This document shows, piece by piece, positions 24,801-37,092 of a DNA stretch of 64,000 bases (the stretch's first letter is position 1; each line of letters opens with the position of its first letter). The translations under genes were made by a program, and so were the position numbers. The stretch covers positions 27,652,001-27,716,000 of the forward strand of contig NC_073389.1 of assembly GCF_028641065.1 (NCBI RefSeq), read 5' to 3'. The notes below the pieces were generated by a model, which made no database searches, was not told the DNA's origin, and saw nothing but the letters and a program-made list of their open reading frames with translations. The stretch comes from Leucoraja erinacea. Its lineage: Eukaryota.

Positions 24801-25555
24801 TTTCTTCCGGGTGCTCCAATTTCCTCTCACATCCCAAAGACCCAAAGGGTGTCAGGGAAGGCAGGAGAATGGGGTTGAAAGGGAAAGATAGATCAGCCAT
24901 GATTGAATGGCGGAATAGACTTAATGGGCCAAATGGCCTAATTCTGCTCTGATAACGTATGGACTTATGATATGCGGGTTTGTAGGTCAATTGGCCCTCT
25001 GTAAATTGTCCACTAGTGAGTAGGGAGTGGATGAGAAAGTGGTATAACATAGAACTAGTGTGAACGGGTGATCAATGGTTGGCATGGACTTGATGGGCCG
25101 AAGAGGCTGTTTCCATGATGCATCAATGAAATCAAAGTAGTTCCTCTCAGTAGAGACTCCTCTGTGTGGTCTTATTTGGGAAAGATGATATTGTTATCCT
25201 GGCAGTTCTGGGGCTACCAGTTGTCATCAGATTGTTCTGCCACAGGTGCAGGCTGTCTTTTTCTTCCTGAAGCTTAAAGAAAAAGAAAGTTTGCTGAAAT
25301 GATGATTAGTAGGTTTTGCCTGTGCATGGTGATGTGTGAGGTGTGTTTTCATGCTGTGGTATGTGTGTGGTTTCCATCTCACCTGTGGCTGATGGGGAAA
25401 TAGCAAAATGGGAATAGGTTGTGGTTAATGGTGCACTTACAGCAGCATGGAGATAGCTTCTCCGTGCAGGTCTGATGCAGCACTTCTCCCTTTCTGAAGC
25501 CATCTACCAATCTATCTAAAATAGACACTAAATGCTGTATGGAGGTCAGGCAGCA

Positions 25556-25927
25556 GAGAAACATAGAAAATAGGTGCAGGAGTAGGCCATTCGGCCCTTC
25601 AAGCCAGCACCGCCATTCATTGTGATCATGGCTGATCGTCCCCAATCAATAACCCGTGCCTGCCTTCTCCCCATATCCCTTGACTCCACTAGCCCCTAGA
25701 GCTCTATCTAACTCTCTCTTAAATCCATCCAGTGGTTTGGCCTCCACTGCCCTCTGTGGCAGGATATTCCACAAATCCACAACTCTGGGTAAAAACGTTT
25801 TTTCTCACCTCAGTCTTAAATGGCCTCCCCTTTATTCTAAGGCTGTGGCCCTTGGTTCTGGACTCGCCCAACATTGGGAACATTTTTCCTGCATCTAGCT
25901 TGTCCAGTCCTATTATAATTTTATATG
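25556..25927 (-). mobile_element. CR1 3' fragment
   Basis: Same tail family (gaaacatagaaaataggtgcaggagtaggccattcggccc on the + strand). Confidence 0.8.
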
Positions 25928-25934
25928 TAAATAT

Positions 25935-27112
25935 ATGTTATCCAGCATCTCAGGAGAAAAGGAAGAGGTGATTTTTCGGGTCGACACCCTTCTTCCGAAT
26001 GAGAGGGTGCAGGAAAACTAGAGATATGAAAAGGAATGAAGAACAAATTTCATAAGTCATAGGAGCAGAATTAGACCATTCGGCCCATCAAGTCTACTCT
26101 GCCATTCCACCATGGCTGATCTATATTTCCCTCTCAACCACATTTTCCTGCCTTCTCCCCATAACCCCTGGCACTAATCAAGAACCTATGAATCTCCAAC
26201 TTAAAAATATCCATAAAAAATGAATCAAAAGGTGTACAAAAGAGCAAATCAAAGCCAGCAATCATGATCAAGGAAATGTGGAGCCCACAGTGGTCCATTG
26301 TAGGCTGTGGAGAAGGTGATAATGTGAAACTAAGCAGGACGACAGTGATACTAGTAGGGCGACTAGGGTGGGGGAGGGACAGAGAGAGAGAGGGAATGCA
26401 AGGGCCACTTGAAGTTAGGGAAATCAATTTTCATACCGCTGGATTGTAAGCTGCCCAAGCAAAATATGAGGTGCTGTTCCTTCAATTTGTGGGTGGCCTC
26501 TGACAATGGAGGAGGTCTAGGACGGAAAGGTCAGTGTGGGAATGGGAGGTGGAGTTAGAGAGCTTGGTAACCAGGAGATCGCGTAGGCCAATGCGGGCTT
26601 GGCGAGGTGTTCAGCGAAACGATGGCCCAGTCTGCGCTTGTTCTCGCCGATATATAGGAGTGCACACCCAGAACTGTGGATACAGTAGTTGAGGTTGGAG
26701 TTTAATGATTCAGTACTGCTTTATTTATCACAAATGCAAGTGCATATATTACACATGCGGGCGCCGCCATTTTTGGTTGCATTATTATTCAAAGTCTGGT
26801 CGGCCCACCTGGCCATCTTTGGGTCCCGAGGGCGCCCCCTGCAGCCTAGGTTGAAGGCGTTGGAGGCATAACACCGGATCACCCTCCTCCATGGGGAGTT
26901 ACAAGTGAACCTCTGCCTCACCTGAAAGGACCGTTGTGGTCCCTGGACAGAGTCGAGGGAGGAGGTATAGCGACAGGTGTTGCACCTCCTGCGGTTGCAG
27001 GGGAAAGTACCTGTAGAGGGGGTGGTTTGGGTGGCAAGGGATGCGTTAACCAGGCGGTTGCGGAGGGAAGGGTCTTTGCGGAAAGGGGTGGAGATGGGAA
27101 GATGTGGTCCAT
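25935..27112 (-). mobile_element. 5'-truncated Penelope-like retroelement: Cys linker, degenerate GIY-YIG endonuclease, 3' UTR/pLTR; carries nested inserts
   Basis: Minus strand, with frameshifts: GTFPCNRRRCNTC...RQRFTCNS|SNLNYCIHSSGCALLYIGENKRRLGHRFAEHL...HKLKEQHLIFCLGSLQSSGMKIDFPNFK, running into the decayed hammerhead-type repeat at about 25965-25998. CR1 tail nested at about 26050-26215. Confidence 0.8.
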
Positions 27113-30100
27113 GGATACCTCGAGAGGATGGGTGAGCTGACTGGGGGCAAACCTCCCATGCCCTGGGTGACGATCTGGGGCTTCCGAGGTCGGCTGCGGA
27201 AGGCGAGGGGACGGCGCGCTTTGTGTTAATTCCCAGAATCGCGTTTTACACAAAGTAACATTTTTATTTTCCTCTGCGTTACTGATTTACCAACTTTGGG
27301 ATAGGGATTGCAAATGTGTAAATTAGGCACAATATTTCTTTTGGAGATGCAAGGAACTGCAGATGGTGAAATCTGGAGAAAAGTGGAAGCAAAATGAATG
27401 TCAGTATTATTTTCTTTGGATAATTCTTCTCAGCATTGAGTCCCTTCGCAATTCTATTCTAGCACCTTGTTATTCGATACACAAGGAACTGCAGGATCTG
27501 GAAACTCAAGCAAAACACAAAATGCTGGAGGAACTCAGCGGGTCAGGCAGCATCTGTGGAAGGAAATGGACAGAACACATCTCCCTGCACACACACACCC
27601 TGCCTGACTTGCTGAGTTCCTCCAGCAGTTCGTGGTTCATTCAAGATTTCAGCTTATCTGGTTTCTTGTGCATCCTGGGATAATAATAATAATATGATTC
27701 GGTTTATAACGAAGCATGGTGGGAAATAAGCTGGGTTTCTGTAGGAAAGTTGTGATGAAGGGTCAAGTAGCTGGGAGAAGGCAGGAGAATGGGGTTGAGA
27801 GGGGGAGATAGATCAACCATGATTGAATGGTGGACGAGACTATGGGCTGAATGGCCTACTTCTGCTCCTATGACATGGACTTGGGTCATAGAGCCATACA
27901 GCGTGGAAACAGGCCCTTCGGCCTAACTCGCCCACATTTCCCAGCTACACTAGTCCCACTGCCTGCATTTGGCCCATATTGCTCTAAATTATCAAATGTT
28001 TCTGAGATTTTCTTAAACATCTGCCTCAACTATCTCCTCTGGCAACCCATTCCATATGCCCACCACCATTTGTGTGAAACGTTACCCCTCAAGTTCTTAT
28101 TAAATATTTCCTCCCTCGCCTTAAACCTGTCCTCTGGTTCTTGATTCCCCTACTATGGGCAAGAGACTCTATGTCTCCCGATCTATTCCACTCATGATTT
28201 TGTATACCTCTATCAGATCACCCCTCATCCCTGTGCACTCCTAGGAATAGTCCCAGCCTGCTCAACCTCTCCCTGCAGCTCAGGCCCTTGTGTCCTGGCA
28301 ACATCCTCGCAAATCTTCTCTGTACCCTTTCCATCTTATGGCTGAACAAATTCCTTTTTTCTTGCCGTTCAAATAACCAGCATGAAATTGAAAATCGTTT
28401 GACGTTACCGAATCTTGTGGAGACAAGGAGAACCGCAGATGCTGGGATCTTGTGTAGAGCATAAAGTGCTGGAGGAACTCGGCGGGTCAGGCAGCATCTG
28501 TGGAGGGAATGGATGGGCGACCTTTCAATCTGAAGAAGGGTGTCCACCAGAAACGTCACCCGTCTGTGTCCTCCACAGATGCTGTCTGACCCACTGAGTT
28601 TCTCCAGCACTTTGTGGCTCTTTTTGTAAAGCAGCATCTGCAGTTCATTGTGTCTACATGTGTGGTGTTTGCATGAACTGGCTGTGATTGCTTGTGCTTC
28701 CCTCAAGTGCTCCAACGCTGGTTGTGAGTATAATGGCTGATGTAAATGCACAATTGGGACATAAAACTGAGGAGCGTGGTGGAGGGGCATGTGAGAAAGA
28801 ATAAGCTGCAGGAAAATGGGACTGGTGGAAATGCTCTAAAAGCTGGCATTGACTTGATGGGGTGAATGGCCTCGAATGTCCCAGGGAAACATGAGAGGTG
28901 TAACAAAAGTAGTGGAGAGGAAACGTGAGTGAAATGGCTTCTGGAAAACTGATAACATTTTCTGTAGTCCTTCATAAGGTTGTTCACTGAAATAGAAGCT
29001 TGTGAAATTGAATGCAAGTTATTGATCTAGCTGAGTAGTATGAGAGGCTGTAAAGATAATGGCTGTGCAGGTGTGACAAGTCGTGTCCCTCAAGGTTAGG
29101 TAATCTAAGTCCAACTATTCACTTTTTATAGCCACGTTTGATGACTGGCTGTGTATCCAATCTTGCTAATGTTTTAGACGTAAAGGACATTGACAGCAGT
29201 ATAGATAAATTAAGATTCAAAGATTAATTGAATGAGCAATACAGCTAAGACATTTCAACCTAGACAAGTGTGAAGCCATTCATTTTAGACTTAAAAGTGA
29301 CTGAATGTACAGTAGATAACACAGAACCAGTGTGAGTGGGTTGCTGAGGACTCGTTGGGTCTAAAAATCTTTTTTCAATGCTGTATCACTAAACTAAACT
29401 GAAGATCGATTGATTTGAGCGAACACCGAAACAAAATTTCAACCTCGATTGTAGACATAAAGAATGGATAGAACATAGATAGAACGTAGAACAGTACTGC
29501 ACAGGAACAGGCCCTCAGGCCACAATGTCTGTGCCAATCATGATGCCAAGACGAGACACATCAAGTCAAGTCAAGTTTATTTGTCACATACACATACGAG
29601 ATGTGCAGTGAAATGAAAGTGGCAATGCTCGCGGACTTTTGTGCAAAAGACAAACAACAAAACAACAAACAACAACATGGTGCTGGAGTAACTCAGCTGG
29701 CCGGGCAGCATCTCTGGAGAACATGGATAAGTCACATTTTGGGTCAGGAACTTAATTCAGATTGAAAGTTCCCCACCCAAGACGTTACCTATCCATGTTC
29801 GCCAGAGATGCTGCCTGATCTGCTGAGTTACTCCAGCACTTAATGTCTTTTTATGTAAACCAGTATCTACAGTTCCTTGTATCTGCATGATATCAAGGTA
29901 GGAGAATGGGGTTGAGAGGGAAAGATAAATCAGCCATGATTCAATATTGGTGCCAACATTATGGGCCAAATGGCCTAATTCTGCTCATATGAATTGTGAA
30001 CTATGAATTTATCACTTCCGGACCCTAATAATCTGAAGCTATTTGTTTACATGAATATGCTGCTGTGGCGATGAGGAACATCTTTGCATTGTTGAGGCTT

Positions 30101-30188
30101 AGACAATGTTTGTCTTTACCAGCTGCTGGATTCTGCTTCTGAAAGCAGTGCTGAACAAGACTGGACAAATGGACAGATTAATGGAGTA

Positions 30189-30594
30189 CAGGTCCACCAC
30201 CGATTTTCCTGCAAATGGTGGTCCGGCACCTCCTATAATCCGGACTAAATTACGAGAGTGCACTTGAAATCCGTCCCTGTAAATATGTGGTGCCTCGGCC
30301 GGGTGAGGCGGCCGCTCTCGACCTCATCGGGGCATCGTGGCTGATTGGCAGGTCGAGTTTCCCTCCTGCGGCTGGTTCTCTGGAACTCCAGCCCGACTGG
30401 AGCCGGCAGATCTGTTCCCATAGCCAACTTTGCGGCCAGTATCTCGGCCCTTCAGCTGCCAAGGTGGAGAGGCCGACAGAGGTCACGGCCTGCAAGAGGA
30501 GTTGATTGGTACCATGACCTCTGTTGGTCCGGCAAAACGGATAATCCGGAAAGACTCTGGAATGAAGTGTGCTGGAAGGTCGGTGGTGGTCCTG
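30189..30594. mobile_element. Tc1/mariner-pogo (Tigger-like) MITE
   Basis: 21-bp TIR CAGG(T/A)CCACCACCGA(TT/CC)TTCC flanked by TA on both sides; a solo end of the same family at about 56763-56805. Confidence 0.8.
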
Positions 30595-31144
30595 TACCCC
30601 ATGACTTTGTAGATAAGGAAAGGTCTTGGCATGTCCACAGTGTTAATTGTTAATTAACTAGACTTTTATTCTAGTTCCTTAAAAAGTTCATAAGACGTAG
30701 AAGCAAAATTAGGCCATTTGATCCATCAAGTCTACTTTGCCATTTGATCACGGCTGATCTATCTTTCCCTCTCAACCCCATACTCCTGCCTTCTCCCCAT
30801 ACTAATCAAGAACCTGACATTTTCTGCTTTAGATTCCTGGTGACTTGGCCTCCACAGACGTCTGGAACAGTCACAAATACTGTACATAGATACAATCAGT
30901 TCAAACCCAGGTACAATAGGTAGAGCAAAGTTAGCATAGTAGCGCATCACTTCCTCAGACAAAGCCTACGTTTTGGGGTTTTGAAAAGCTAGTTGACGTA
31001 TATATGGGACTCTTAATGACGTTTATATTTTACGAAGGCAGTATAGTTCATGAGAAAAGCTAGTTTCTGAGACAGCACAGAAACATACATCTGTTTAAAG
31101 TTGGGAAAGGGAGGGTAGCTGAATTAGTTTGTCACAATAGACCA

Positions 31145-31410
31145 CCGTGGTGCAGCGGTAGAGTTGCTGCCTCACAGCGCCAGAGACCTGCATTTGATCC
31201 TCACTGCAGGTGTAGTCAGTACGGAGTTTGTACCTTCTCCCTGTGATAGCGCGGGTTTCCTCCCACATCCCAAAGATGTGCAGGTTTGTAGCTTTTGTTA
31301 ACTGTCCCTAGTGTGTAGGACACTACTACTACACGAGGTGAGCGCTGGTCGGCATGGACTTGGTGGGCAGAAGGGCCTATTTCCACGCTGTATCTCTAAA
31401 ACTTAACTAA
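31145..31410 (+). mobile_element. V-SINE (HE1-like)
   Basis: Same family. Confidence 0.78.
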
Positions 31411-33847
31411 GCCACCTGCAGTGGGTATAATGGAAAATTCACACATCCATTTCAGGGACGAATGAGGGAGTTTGCATCTCATCAGATGTCATGGGCCGTT
31501 GGGTTTCTATTTAGCTTGACATTACGATGTTGGTCCTAACTGGATTTGTCTATCAGAATGTTTCCAGATGGTGGACTTCAGCAATCCACTGACACTATAT
31601 TTCACGTTCTTCCCTCCGGTGAAGTTGAGAACTAATTTGATTGGTGCATCTACTACATAAAGATGCGTACCTCTGCAAATGATCCACATGCAAAACAGGC
31701 TCATGCAAGTCAACACTATGCTCCCAAGAATGTAATTTAAGGAAATTGGATGCAAATTTCATTCCCCATGTCTTAAAACATAGAAGCAGAATTAGGCCAT
31801 TTGGCCCATCGAGTCTACTCTGCCATTTGATCATGGCTGATCTATCTTTCCCTCAACCCCATTCTCCCCATAATCTTTGACATTCTTACTGATAACATGC
31901 ATCTTGAGTCCAGTAAAGTAGAAGGGACTTGAACTATTGACTGCAACAATGCACCAGTATGCTGGTTTACCAAAAAAGAACACAGAGTGCTGGAGTAACT
32001 CAGAGGGTCGGGCAGCATCTCTAGAGGATATGGATTGGTGACGTCTCGAGTTGTGATCCTTCTTCAGTCTGAGGGGTGGGGTGGTGCAGTGGAGGGGATT
32101 CAGCACTGGGTCTGCCCCATCTGTGACCAGAATCCCCTCCCCCCCCCCCCCCCCCCCCCCCCCCCCAAAGACTGATGACTGAACGGAAACATTGCATTTA
32201 CTTTCCCTTCACAGATGCTGCCTGACCTGAGTTCCTCCAGCACTGTCTGTTCTCACTAAAGCGGTGTTAAGGTTGAAAACAGCAAACAATGGATTCCCTA
32301 AAGAAACACAATATTGTTTACCAGAGATGCTACCTGACCCGCTGTTACTCCAGCACTTTGTGTCTTTTTAGCTTGCAAACCAGCATCTGCAGTTTTGAAT
32401 TCCAATCCAGGCGACACTCTGTGTTCTGGTCCCAGAAGCGGATGTGAAATCACACATTACAATTGCTCACTCCCAACAGCAGCATTTCTTACTTTTTATA
32501 ATGTTTCTTTTCCCAACATTTTATAATAAAAAATAAGGAGGCATATTTTTTCAGATTGACAGCAAAATATTATTGTCTAATGAGATAAATATTAGCACAG
32601 GAAAGGGAACTGCTTTATGCAGGTAAAACATTTCCTTATCCTTGGGTGCTGGGTTTCTGAAGTTATTGCCCAGCCTCCCGCAAGCTCCAATACTTCTTTG
32701 TTCATGTTTCTTTTGTGCTACGCAACCCTACAAAGTAATCTAATCTTGCATAATTTGGTAACCCTGGACACCAATTCTTAATATGCAAAAAAATCTGGCA
32801 GTGAGTACTGTCCCTAGTTCATCAATTGCTTTTATTATCGCTACTTTGTTCTTGGTTAGAAGGTGTGGAACCTTGCCCACGCTCTCACCTCAACAGACTG
32901 AACAGTTGATTTATCTCTAGTCCTAGGGCCTTCACGTTTGTGTTCCTCAATTGTTCAATGCTACCTTATTGTCACGTGTACCCAAATACAGTGACATTCT
33001 TTGCTTTGCATCGATGACATAATGTTACCTCATTTCAAGACTGAAGTTGAGGTTATAATGTATCTCTTGAAGGTAGATCAGAAGAATTTATGAGGATGTT
33101 GCCAGGACTCGAGGGCGTGAGCTATAGGGAGACGTTATGCAGGCTAGGACTCTATTCCTTGAAGCGCAGGAGGATGAGGGGTGATCTTATAGAAGTGTAC
33201 AAGATCATGAGGGGAATAGATCTGGTAGGCGCACAGTCTTTTGCCCAGAGTAAGGGAATCGAGCAGGTGGGACTAGTGTAGATAGAACTTGTTGGTCAGT
33301 GTGGGTAAGTTCGGTTGAAGGGCCTGTTTCCATACTGTATGATTCTATGATTCTATAAGAGTCTGCACCTGTACTATCTGAAGAGGGGTATCTACCCAAT
33401 TGTAGTCTATCCATTCCTGCCAGAGATGATTCCTTCAGCACTTTGTACTTTAATCTAGAATGCATTGTTGTTTAATGTTAGAAATTAAAAGAATTGAAGC
33501 ATTTAAAGTATTGTCTGCAGTTCTGGTCGCCCACTTCAGGAACAATGTGGAATGCTTTGGAGAGGGTGCAGAAGAGGATGTTGCCTAGATTAGAGGGTAT
33601 TACCTATAAAGTGAGGTTAAACAGACTTGGATTGTTTTTTCTCTGGAATATTGGATGTCGAGGGGAAACCTGATAGAAGTGTATAAAATTATGAGAGGTA
33701 TAGATGTGGTAGACAGTCAGAACGTTTTTCCCAGGATGTAATGTCAAACAGCTTTATGGTGAGAAGGGCAAAGTTTAAACAAGATGTGTAGTGGCATTTA
33801 AGAAACTTTTTGATCGGCACATGGCTATGCAAGTAATGAGAGGATAG

Positions 33848-34324
33848 GAAACAAAGAAACATAGAAAATAGGTGCAGAAGTAGGCCATTCGGCCCTTCAA
33901 GCCTGCACCGCCATTCAATATGATCATGGCTGATCATCCAACTCAGTATCCTGTTCCTGCCTTCTCTCCATACCCCCTGATCCCTTTAGCCACAAGGGCC
34001 ATATCTAACTCCCTCTTAATTATAGCCAATGAACTGGCCTCAGCTACCTTCTGCGGCAGAGAATTCCAGAGATTCACCACTCTCTGTGTGAAAAAAGTTT
34101 TCCTCATCTCGGTCCTAAAAGATTTCCCCTTTATCCTTAAACTGTGACCCCTTGTTCTGGACTTCCCCAACATCGGGAACAATCTTCCTGCATCTAGCCT
34201 GTCCAACCCCTTAAGAATTTTGTACGTTTCTATAAGATCCCCCCTCAACCTTCTAAATTCTAGCGAGTACAAACCGAGTCTATCCAGTCTTTCTTCATAT
34301 GAAAGTCCTGACATCCCAGGAATC
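33848..34324 (-). mobile_element. CR1 3' fragment, young, nested in an older CR1 tail
   Basis: Open frame IPGMSGLSYEERLDRLGLYSLEFRRLRGDLIETYK...TQRVVNLWNSLPQKV. Confidence 0.9.
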
Positions 34325-34799
34325 ACGAGCAGGCAGAGATGATTATATAACTTGGCATCATGTTTTGCACGGACTATGTGGGCCGAAGGGCCTGATCCTG
34401 TGCTGTACCTTCTACCTGTTCTATGTTCGAAAACCCAATGCGTCTGGATGTTATATACTATTATCTTCAATAATTGCACATTTTAAGAATGCAAAACTTA
34501 ACATATTAGCTTCTAAGGTTAATCTCTGTTCAGATCCCCCCCCCCCCCCCCTTTTCTCTCTTTCCCTCTTACCTCCTACATCCGTTCTCCCCCCCCTTCC
34601 CCACCCAACACTTCTCTGCAAATCCTTATCGCTAATATTTCCTGTATTGCTTTGAGAGTCGGCTTCTATGGCGGATCTTGCATTGTAAATGCTGTATTCA
34701 TTATTCTGCTTGATTAAGAAGATGCCAGCCTCTTTGCCAGTTAATTGGGTTTTTTTTAATAACTGCTTCCATTTTCAGCAATTTCAAATATTCTATGTA

Positions 34800-35140
34800 T
34801 TACAGGAGCAGAATTAGGCCATTTGGTCCATCAAGTCTACTCTGCCATTCCATCATGGCTGATCTATCTTTCCTGCTCAACCACATTCTCCTGCCTTCTC
34901 CTCGTAACCCCTGACACCCTTACTAATCAAGACTCTTTCCATCTCCACCTTACAAATACTCACTGACTTGGCCTCCCCAGCCTCTGTGGCAATGAATTCC
35001 ACAGATTCACCACCCTCTGACTAAAGACATTCCTCCTCATCACCTTTCTAAAGGTACCTCCTATTATTCTGAACTGTGCCCTCTGGTCCTAGACTCTCCC
35101 ACTAGTGGAAACATCCTCTCCACATCCACTCTGTCCAGGC
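34800..35140 (-). mobile_element. CR1 3' fragment ending about 48 nt upstream of exon 2
   Basis: Same family as 23575-23925 and 62455-62880. Confidence 0.8.
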
Positions 35141-35188
35141 CTAATTACAAGAGTGGTCATCGTTTGCTTGTTTTTCTGTGTCTTGCAG

Positions 35189-35554
35189 GGCTGACTTTGG
35201 GTCGTGTGGTAAAAGTTCCGACCGGTCCCTTGTACCGTGTGGTGAAAACGCCCGTCAGTGTTCCCTGCAATGTCAGCGCCTACGAAGGGCCCTCGGAGCA
35301 AAATTTCGATTGGTTTGTGTTCCGCAACGGCGGATTGGTGAAGGTGATCAGTACGTTGGAAGTCGAGTTTTCCGATGCCGAGTACAAGGACAAAGTAGCG
35401 GCCGGTGACATTTGGGTGGAGAGGCTGGGTGACAGCTCTGTTGAGCTGCGCTTCAGAAGTGTAAAGTTCGAGGATGAGGGGAGATATGATTGCCAAACTC
35501 CCAGTACAGACGAAAACAGTAGAGGAAATTATGAAGCCCGTGTGAGTTTAAAGG
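35189..35554 (+). CDS. PTGFRN: PTGFRN exon 2, Ig domain 1
   Basis: Acceptor tcttgcag|; GLTLGRVVKVPTG...PCNVSAYEGPSEQNFDW...DEGRYDC...SLK; donor G|GTAAGT. Confidence 0.96.
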
Positions 35555-35940
35555 GTAAGTTCCACCCTTTGTGCTATTAATTTTGATTGCATCTGTATAA
35601 ATGTTTCTTAAACGTTGTAATAGTACCTTCCCTAACTATCTCCTCCGGCAGCTTGTTCCACATACCCACCACCCTTTGTGTGGGCAAAGTTAGCCTTCAA
35701 GTTCCTATTAAATCATACCCGCGTTTTGTTTAGTTGGTAATCTTGATGCATTCGTTTATCAGTGTCATAGAGTGAAACAGCGCGGAAACAATTTGCCCAC
35801 ACCAACCAACATGTCCCATCTACACTAGTCCAATATGCCAGCTTTGGGTCCACATCCCTCCAAACCTGACCTATCCGTGTACCTGTCTAATTGTTTCTTA
35901 AACGTTGCAATAGTCCCTGTCTCAACTACCTCCTCTGGCT

Positions 35941-36194
35941 CACAAAAATGCTGGAGAAACTCAGCGGGTGCAGCAGCATCTATGGAGCGAAGGAAATAGG
36001 CAACGTTTCGGGCCGAAACCCTTCTTCAGTGAAGAAGGGTTTCGGCCCGAAACGTTGCCTATTTCCTTTGAAGAAGGGTTTCGGCCCGAAACGTTGCCTA
36101 TTTCCTTCGCTCCATAGATGCTGCTGCACCCGCTGAGTTTCTCCAGCATTTTTGTGTACCTTCGATTTTCCAGCATCTGCAGTTCCTTCTTGAA
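35941..36194. mobile_element. Young Penelope-pLTR-derived fold-back insertion with 14-bp TSD
   Basis: Perfect 88-bp inverted repeat, 35941-36028 vs 36069-36156; TSD tacctcct(c/g)tggct at 35927-35940 and 36195-36208. Confidence 0.85.
35998..36031 (-). ncRNA. Putative minimal hammerhead ribozyme, antisense to PTGFRN, core intact
   Basis: Reverse complement reads CTGAAGA A GGGT-TTCG-GCCC GAAA CGTT GCC. Confidence 0.55.
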
Positions 36195-36374
36195 TACCTC
36201 CTGTGGCTGTTTCACACACCCACCACCCTTTGTGTGAAAAAGTTACCCCTCAAATTCCTATTATATCTTTCTCCCTTCACCTTAAACCTTTGTCCTCCGG
36301 TTCTCGATCTCGCTACTCCTATGCAAGAGACACTGTGCGTCTACCCGAACTAATCCTCTCATGATTTCCTACAG

Positions 36375-36803
36375 TGATTCCTGATAAACTCGCTGTGCTG
36401 CCTGCAAAGTCCAGAAGCCTAACCAACACAAACCACACAGAAGGGACGCCAATGGAGATTGAGTGTGTTGCATCAACGTCAACATCGTCAACAGTTTCCA
36501 CCCATCTCTCTGTCACGTGGCAGTTGACCAAAAACGGAGGTGGTCCAGAGGACATCCTGTCCTTCACTGCAGATGATCAGTTACTGCCCGGGGCTTCGTA
36601 CACCGATCGATATTGGCACGGCGACGTTAGGATGAACTTGGAGGGAAACGGCGTCTTCAGACTCGTCGTTGACCACTTGCTGCTGGAGGACAGTGGTGTC
36701 TACTCTTGTGTGGCAGCCGAGTGGGTCAAAGAAGATGGCTTCAACTGGAAGAAGCTCCATGAGAAAGAGGCAACCATCAAAACCATCAGAGTTCAGCCAT
36801 TAG
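36375..36803 (+). CDS. PTGFRN: PTGFRN exon 3, Ig domain 2 (EWI motif reads EWV)
   Basis: Acceptor ttcctacag|; VIPDKL...IEC...THLSVTW...DSGVYSCVAAEWV...VQPL; donor G|GTACCT. Confidence 0.95.
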
Positions 36804-37030
36804 GTACCTCGTTGCCAGATCCTCAGTTGGATTTTGACAGATAGGTGAACCGCCCATTTTAATGGGTGGATCCACAGTTTGGATGGAGCTGGTGGGACAG
36901 GTGTGAAGAGGGAGGTGGTGGGACGGACATGAAAGGGAGTTGGGAGGAACATGAGGAGAGAGTAGGGACAGCCATGAAGAGAGAGTTGGGACAGACATGG
37001 AGGGAGTTGGTGGGACAGTTGGTTGGGGTG

Positions 37031-37092
37031 GGGAGTGAGGAGGGAGTTGGGATGGGAGTGAGGAGGGAGTTGGGATGGGAGTGAGGAGGGAG
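37031..37092 (+). repeat. 23-bp G-rich tandem repeat (gggagtgaggagggagttgggat), about 2.7 copies
   Basis: Units at 37031, 37054 and 37077, inside a G-rich tract at 36860-37105. Confidence 0.8.

Noticed and set aside
35941-36156. CRISPR array or DNA-transposon MITE interpretation of the palindromic repeats
   Set aside because: Eukaryotic locus with no repeat-spacer periodicity. The arms are asymmetric with variable centres and 14-bp TSDs, and the sequence is contiguous with Penelope GIY-YIG fragments elsewhere.
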